This document shows positions 56,088 to 61,325 of a DNA stretch of 61,325 bases, piece after piece. The notes below the pieces were generated by a model that was given only the letters and a program-made list of their open reading frames with translations, was not told where the DNA came from and did not search any database. The stretch comes from an uncultured Hyphomicrobiales bacterium (GTDB taxonomy: Bacteria; Bacteroidota; Ignavibacteria; Kapaibacteriales; UBA2268). How positions within the stretch are numbered: position 1 is the stretch's first letter; every line of letters starts with the position of its first letter. The position numbers were made by a program, and so were the translations under genes. The stretch covers positions 1 through 61,325 of the forward strand of contig CAZSWR010000006.1 of assembly GCA_964610885.1 (NCBI GenBank), in the 5' to 3' direction.

Positions 56088-56684
56088 CTACACTACTTCG
56101 ATACGGCCTTCCATGGCGCGAGTGATAGTGGCCTCGTCGGCAAATTCCAGATCGGAACCGATGGGAATACCTCGGGCAATGCGCGTAACCTTCACGCCCA
56201 ATGGACGAATATATTTCGCTAAATACTGTGTCGTTACCTCGCCCTCCACTGTCGGGTTCAGCGCGAGTATCACCTCTCGGGCGTGGGCTGTGCGTTCGAT
56301 CAGTTCCTTCACCTTCAGCGCGTCGGCCCCGATTCCTTCCAAAGGATTCAAAGCGCCATGCAGCACGTGGTAAACGCCAAAGAATTCATTTGTTTTCTCG
56401 ATTGCCATCACGTCGTTCGGTTCCTCGACCACGCAAATCAGCCCCGAATCGCGCCGCTGCGATGAGCAGATCGGGCACGGGTCGGTCTCGGTGTAATTGA
56501 AGCAGACCGAACAATAGTGGACATTCTTCTTCAGATTCACGAGCGAGGCGGCAAAGCGCTCGACGAAGTCTTCGTTTTGGCGAAGCAAATAGTAGGCAAG
56601 CCTCTGCGCTGTTTTCCGGCCTATGGTCGGCAGCGAGGAAAACATTTCAACAGTCTTTTCGATGGATTCCGATGAGTAAAGCAT
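56088..56684 (-). CDS. recR: Recombination protein RecR
   Basis: HhH N-terminus (LPTIGRKTAQRLAYYLL), C4 zinc finger (CSVC...CPIC), Toprim domain. Confidence 0.93.
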   Translation of the reverse strand: MLYSSESIEKTVEMFSSLPTIGRKTAQRLAYYLLRQNEDFVERFAASLVNLKKNVHYCSVCFNYTETDPCPICSSQRRDSGLICVVEEPNDVMAIEKTNEFFGVYHVLHGALNPLEGIGADALKVKELIERTAHAREVILALNPTVEGEVTTQYLAKYIRPLGVKVTRIARGIPIGSDLEFADEATITRAMEGRIEVV

Positions 56685-56699
56685 TCCTGTTGCCGTTCC

Positions 56700-57026
56700 T
56701 TACAAGTTCAAATTCATGCCGGGAATATTGGGCAACATGCCCGTAACCGTTCCGAGTTCCTTCTGCACCATCTCGCCGGCGGAATTAAGCGCTTTGTTCA
56801 CAGCAGCGACCACGAGGTCTTCGAGCATTTCGATATCGTCAGGGTTCACCACTTCTTTGGCAATTTTTATCGAGATCAGCTGGTTGGCGCCTGTTACAGT
56901 AGCCGAAACCATTCCCCCGCCGGACTCGCCCGTGGCGGTTCTTTTGTTCACTTCGGCGCGAATTCTTTCCATCTCTTGCTGGACTTTCTGCGCCTGTTCA
57001 ATCATTCCCTGTATGTCGAATTTCAT
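56700..57026 (-). CDS. ybaB: Nucleoid-associated protein YbaB/EbfC
   Basis: 108 aa with a typical YbaB profile (MIEQAQKVQQEM...GGGMVSATVTG...I...). Confidence 0.88.
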   Translation of the reverse strand: MKFDIQGMIEQAQKVQQEMERIRAEVNKRTATGESGGGMVSATVTGANQLISIKIAKEVVNPDDIEMLEDLVVAAVNKALNSAGEMVQKELGTVTGMLPNIPGMNLNL

Positions 57027-57171
57027 TTTAATTCTTTCTTTTTGCTTACAAAATCATCTGCAAATTAACTTATTCGCTCGAGATCTCAAATAGGAAATTG
57101 AAAATATGGTGGCGACTGCCTCTTTATTTTCCTGAGGAGGCTGATGAAATAGTCAAGATATATTGAAGCAC

Positions 57172-57208
57172 GGGGTATCGGGCATTGGGTATAGGGTATG
57201 GGGTATGG
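57172..57208 (+). other. G-run cluster (potential G-quadruplex)
   Basis: GGGGTATCGGGCATTGGGTATAGGGTATGGGGTATGG: five G3-4 runs with 3-4-nt loops. Confidence 0.5.
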
Positions 57209-57301
57209 TGTAAGTCGTTGATAAGCCACAGTAAGGCAAGCACCACTGCTCCCTGAAAATACTATTTCAACTGCCTGTTGACGGATTGGAACTTCGACCG
57301 G

Positions 57302-57757
57302 CTACTCCAATTCGGCCAGGAAATCGCGAAGGATTATTGCAGCGGCTATCATGTCCTTATTGCCTTTCTGGGCGCGTTGTTTTTTCTTTTTCCCCACGGC
57401 CAGCATTGTTTCCGTGGCGCGCACCGACGAGAAAGATTCGTCCCGGACGACCACGTCCAATCCGGTGGTCTCTCGCAGCTTTTCGATGAATCCTTCGATT
57501 GCCGTTATCACTTCGGTCTTTTCGGTTGGGTCCGGCCGGAAAGGCATTCCAACCACGACGATGGCCACACGTTCGCGTTCGAGCCATTCGGCCAACTGTG
57601 GCCAGAATTTCTCGGTCGTCGGGTCCAACACAGCTTTGGGCGTAATGGAGATGTGCAATTCGTCGCAAACAGCGAACCCAACCCGTTTCAGGCCGTAATC
57701 GATGGCTCCTACCCTACGGTGATGAATTTTTTCTATTATTTCACTTTTTGTCAGCAT
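57302..57757 (-). CDS. ruvX: Holliday-junction-resolvase-like nuclease RuvX/YqgF
   Basis: VGAIDYGLKRVGFAV..D... N-terminal motif. 151 aa. Confidence 0.88.
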   Translation of the reverse strand: MLTKSEIIEKIHHRRVGAIDYGLKRVGFAVCDELHISITPKAVLDPTTEKFWPQLAEWLERERVAIVVVGMPFRPDPTEKTEVITAIEGFIEKLRETTGLDVVVRDESFSSVRATETMLAVGKKKKQRAQKGNKDMIAAAIILRDFLAELE

Positions 57758-57765
57758 AATTATTT

Positions 57766-60168
57766 TTATTGTTTCGAGCCTCTTTGCTTTGCGGCCGATT
57801 GCCTGCGCCCGGATGGAATCACAAATACAATTTCAGTACCCACGCCCTGTTCGGAATTGACGACTATCCGCCCGCCGTGCAGTTCGGCCACGTGCTGCAT
57901 GATCATCGTGCCGATGCCTGCGCCGCCGTGCTTCTTGGAGGTTGTGAAGTATGGCGTCAGCATTTTGGCCTTGGTTTTTTCGTCCATTCCGGCGCCGGTG
58001 TCTTTGATGGAAAAATATGCGTTTCGCTCGTCGCAATCGGATGAGATGGTGATCGTGCCGGACTGGCCGGGCATGGATCGGATGCCATTTTCCACAGCAT
58101 TCCGCAGCGCGCGCAGCAGCTTCAGCCGGTCGCACTCCACAGGGAAATCCTTAGGCGCCAATTTGAACTCGACCAGCGGAAACATTGCAGAATCAAATTC
58201 GGAGAGCAATTCGCTCAGCAAGTCCGTTGAATTCTCTGTTTTTTTATCGGCCGAATCCGTCCGGCCAACCGTAACGATGTCCCTAACGCGGCGAATCAGG
58301 AGGTTGGTCTGGTGAATAATCTTGTTTCGGCGGTCCGCTTCGTTTTCGGTGGTGGGTTCCAGCAGTTCGGCGTTTAGCTTTATCGTCGAAAGGTTGGTTT
58401 GCATGTCGTGGGCCAATTGCGCCCAATTGCTCAAGCGTTTCTTTTCCAACTCGGCCGTGATGTCGATACCCGTGAAGACCAGCCCACGGAATTGCCCAGC
58501 GATATTCCGTAGCGGAGTAACGTTAGTGAACCATTCCTTGACGAGCGCACCGCTCATGATGTTGAGCTTCTGCTGCACGGTATCCTTAGTGATCAAAGCC
58601 TTTTCGACGAGGTCTTTGATTTCCTTGGATTGGTCGCCAGAGCAGTAGTAGCCGAACGGTTTATTCATTGGGACGCTTTCGCTGATCCCGAGCAATTGCT
58701 TGCCGCTCGAATTCGCCCTTTGCAGTCGGCCGTGCCTGTCCACGACGAGGACTGCGCCGGACGTGGGCAAGTTCAGAACGGCGAACAAAAGGCGTTTCTG
58801 GTGGCGGTATAATTGGATAACGAGCAGAAGTATCGCCCCGAGTCCGATCGGTACGGCCGCCTTGCCGAAATCCCTGTAGGCGCGGTTCAGCATCCAAAGC
58901 GAGTGTTTGTCTTTCTCGAACAATATGGAAACAGTTGCGCCAGACATCATCAGGCCGCCATTGTAATCGTCCAGCACGGGCATCGAGTGGAAGTATTCGC
59001 CAATGGGCAGGAAGTCCGAAGTCGAACGCGAAAGGTCGAAAGAAAACGAGCAAATGCCATTCCGAAAGACGGCATAGACACTCTCCCCCACCACGGCCAA
59101 GCCAAGCGGTTCGATGAACTGATTGCCCAGCTCTTCGGACTTGATTGCAACAAAATTGCCGGAGCGATCGATTTCTGTCTTGTCGATGCGGAAAGAAGCG
59201 TCTGCTCCATAATTGAGCGACACGAGGAAATGCCTATCGCCTTCGCTCACGGTTACGATACATTCGGGCTTCGATTCGATCCACGACGAATTCACCAATC
59301 CATGTTCGCGATCAATTATCTCGACGAGCGAACTGTTTGCCGAGCCGGAAACGGCAAGCGCCAAACGTTGGCCGAGCGGCATCGGGCTGCACGAAGAAAT
59401 GAACGGCAGACGAACCGAAGGCACAGCAGCGCCCGATTGCGATGGATAGAAATATACTATGGAATAGTCCTCGCGGCGCACGATGACGGCAAAATTATCG
59501 GCATTTTTATCCGCCCTTTCGCTATAGAACGAAACGGCATCCGAAACGGATTCGCTGACCTGAGAGACCTCCAAGGCCGAACCGCCCGAAACGGTGGCGC
59601 GTTGCAGAGAACCGGAAACAATCAGTAGCTGGGAATTTTCGGACACCGCGCCACAGAACTTAGCCTGAAGCCCGGGTATCCAAACGATTCCGGGAATCTG
59701 CTTGATGGATTTGAATTCCAGGTTCGTATCCGCCAGGCCGATAAAATACGCACCATTCTCGCGCCAGACAACCAGCAGAGACTGGCCGAGATTGGTCGTG
59801 GCCTCCACGACTCCGTTGCCAATCGAGACGCCCCGCGAGTACTTGTCGGAGGCGCCCCGCCACCCGAAAAGCACCTCGGACTCGCCGGTCCAATTGGGCC
59901 GGAGGAAGTACGAAAACGGTTGGCCGGACGAGTTTTTGGCGGATGCCAGCTGGATGAAACCGCCATCGTACTTTTCTGCTATTTGGTACGAATACGGATA
60001 TGTATTATCTGCAAACGATTCCGAAAAGCCTGCAATGAAAGCAATCGCGACGGCCAGAACGACCTTGGCGATCGTTACATATTGCTTGCAAATTCGTTTA
60101 TTTTCGATATAAGACAACTCGACAATCCGTTTAAGTAAGAAAGAAACCTCGGTACCAACGCAGTACAA
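57766..60168 (-). CDS. Sensor histidine kinase with a ~400-aa periplasmic domain (TM, sensor, TM, PAS, HisKA, HATPase)
   Basis: H-box WAQLAHDMQTNLSTI. G-box GGAGIGTMIMQHVAELHGG. The start codon at 60168 is a TTG and is uncertain. Confidence 0.85.
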   Translation of the reverse strand: MYCVGTEVSFLLKRIVELSYIENKRICKQYVTIAKVVLAVAIAFIAGFSESFADNTYPYSYQIAEKYDGGFIQLASAKNSSGQPFSYFLRPNWTGESEVLFGWRGASDKYSRGVSIGNGVVEATTNLGQSLLVVWRENGAYFIGLADTNLEFKSIKQIPGIVWIPGLQAKFCGAVSENSQLLIVSGSLQRATVSGGSALEVSQVSESVSDAVSFYSERADKNADNFAVIVRREDYSIVYFYPSQSGAAVPSVRLPFISSCSPMPLGQRLALAVSGSANSSLVEIIDREHGLVNSSWIESKPECIVTVSEGDRHFLVSLNYGADASFRIDKTEIDRSGNFVAIKSEELGNQFIEPLGLAVVGESVYAVFRNGICSFSFDLSRSTSDFLPIGEYFHSMPVLDDYNGGLMMSGATVSILFEKDKHSLWMLNRAYRDFGKAAVPIGLGAILLLVIQLYRHQKRLLFAVLNLPTSGAVLVVDRHGRLQRANSSGKQLLGISESVPMNKPFGYYCSGDQSKEIKDLVEKALITKDTVQQKLNIMSGALVKEWFTNVTPLRNIAGQFRGLVFTGIDITAELEKKRLSNWAQLAHDMQTNLSTIKLNAELLEPTTENEADRRNKIIHQTNLLIRRVRDIVTVGRTDSADKKTENSTDLLSELLSEFDSAMFPLVEFKLAPKDFPVECDRLKLLRALRNAVENGIRSMPGQSGTITISSDCDERNAYFSIKDTGAGMDEKTKAKMLTPYFTTSKKHGGAGIGTMIMQHVAELHGGRIVVNSEQGVGTEIVFVIPSGRRQSAAKQRGSKQ

Positions 60169-60291
60169 AAGTTGAATTTAATACTTTTATTTATAAAATA
60201 CAAACTCTCATCGCGCGGGCAAGAATGTTTGCGATGGGGTTGGGAGCCAATCTTGAGCTGAAATATTAAGGAAAACTGCTCTTCGCTATGA

Positions 60292-60698
60292 TGTGTGGGT
60301 TGTTGAATACTCAACTTCAGTTAAATGATTACTTCATGTATCGCGTAGCGATTTAACTTTGGTAGGTATCGAAGCCGTACTCTTCAATGTTATCCCGTAG
60401 GGATTAAACTATATAACTTCATATTTGAACTCTTGTTTTGCCAATCTCTCGTATGCTGAATTCTCCTATTTTTCAATAAGATCCAGGATTTATTGAGCAT
60501 ATATTTTCATCACAACACAGAGATAACAATTCTAAATCCTGTATGAATTAATATCTTAGAATCTGATAATTTAAACTCTACGAGGTAAGTTTATTTTTAG
60601 GAATCGACATTCTACCATAATTTAACCGCTACGCGGTATTGAATTAATCCGAATTACTCTGGCAGGCATATTACGGTAAGTTGGAATGCACCCACACA
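60292..60698 (-). mobile_element. ~400-bp non-coding TIR-bounded mosaic element (family T), copy 2 (inverted relative to copy 1)
   Basis: Termini TGTGTGGGTTG (60292-60302) and GCACCCACACA (60688-60698) are inverted repeats. The internal hairpin modules are collinear with 18959-19346 in reverse complement. Confidence 0.75.
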
Positions 60699-61325
60699 AA
60701 ACAGCGATGAGCCAGGAAAAAGAAGCAAAAATACCGCCTTTTAACGAACAAGTTTTCATCTGATACTGAGCTAAATTCATTAATATCATTTTGATAAATA
60801 ATATTTTTATTCGCTATAATAACATTAATTATTTTTCATATTTTAATAATTCGGCGTACGCCTTGATCATTCAAATATTTCCAGATTGTCTATCTATAAT
60901 ATAATTCATCGTCTTATGAGAATTCCATTCAGTTCTTATTATTCGTTTTACTGCAAATCATATTAATATTTCAATATTGATTTTTTTAATAATTATTATT
61001 TAACTAATTTTACAGGAGTTTTAGAATAATATTCTGGATTTTTTTTGTAATTTTTCTTGTTTAATATCAATGTGTTAGGCGAACATGAAGAAAATAATTG
61101 AAAAATAATTCAGAAAATGATGAAACAAGAATACACTTCGATTGTTGTATGAATATTGAGAATTGACAAAAGTGCAGGAAAACTTGAAAGACTTTCAGAA
61201 ATATAGCGATGTTGAGTTATACTCCATGCTCGGGCGCAAAGGGCCGAAACGTGATATGGCATTTACTGAGCGGTTCATCCGACTAATACATACTTAGTAT
61301 TATGTAGCGCATATATTTTCAATTT

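Noticed and set aside
57278-58315. 345-aa plus-strand ORF overlapping ruvX and the 3' end of the kinase gene.
   Set aside because: It is antisense to two genes with clear family motifs, and its own translation has no motif. The same logic applies to the long antisense ORFs at 24154-25092, 32635-33492, 38471-39292, 46952-47878 and 58813-59628.

Overview
This is a 61.3-kb chromosomal segment of a Gram-negative bacterium. It is probably from the FCB group, because three predicted cargo proteins end in type IX secretion (T9SS) C-terminal sorting domains (inference). About 48 protein-coding genes are supported.

**Gene content**
- Housekeeping genes: partial deoA/pdp, pdxJ, asnB, dCMP deaminase, dnaA, eno, trxA, clpS, engB, hppA, recR, ybaB and ruvX.
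- A candidate oriC next to dnaA.
- A variant System I cytochrome c maturation operon (ccmC-D-E-F) with a Cys-type CcmE.
- Two large sensor kinases plus a PhoB/PhoR-like pair, and a MATE exporter.
- A secreted peptidase island: a TldD/PmbA pair, an ACE-like M2 peptidase and an M28 peptidase.
- BNR and WD40-like T9SS cargo proteins, and several uncharacterised cassettes.
- I recognised no rRNA, tRNA, CRISPR array or intact mobile element.

**Most unusual property**
Nearly every long intergenic spacer is filled with a mosaic of short hairpin-forming interspersed repeats. There are at least eight families. Some are nested inside others, and many are built around a GTAG/CTAC core. A frameshifted relic of an HUH Y1 (IS200/IS605 or RAYT-like) transposase gene is bracketed by the commonest palindrome. 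This looks like a REP/RAYT-type system that I cannot assign to a described family.

**Other follow-up candidates**
- Tandem Cache sensors with no output domain.
- A translationally coupled pair: a poly-acidic beta-barrel protein and a poly-lysine secreted protein.
- A four-gene CI-like HTH/TPR cassette with a textbook promoter and operator.
- A leader ORF overlapping the MATE start codon.

All homology statements come from reading the translations by eye. No database search was run.
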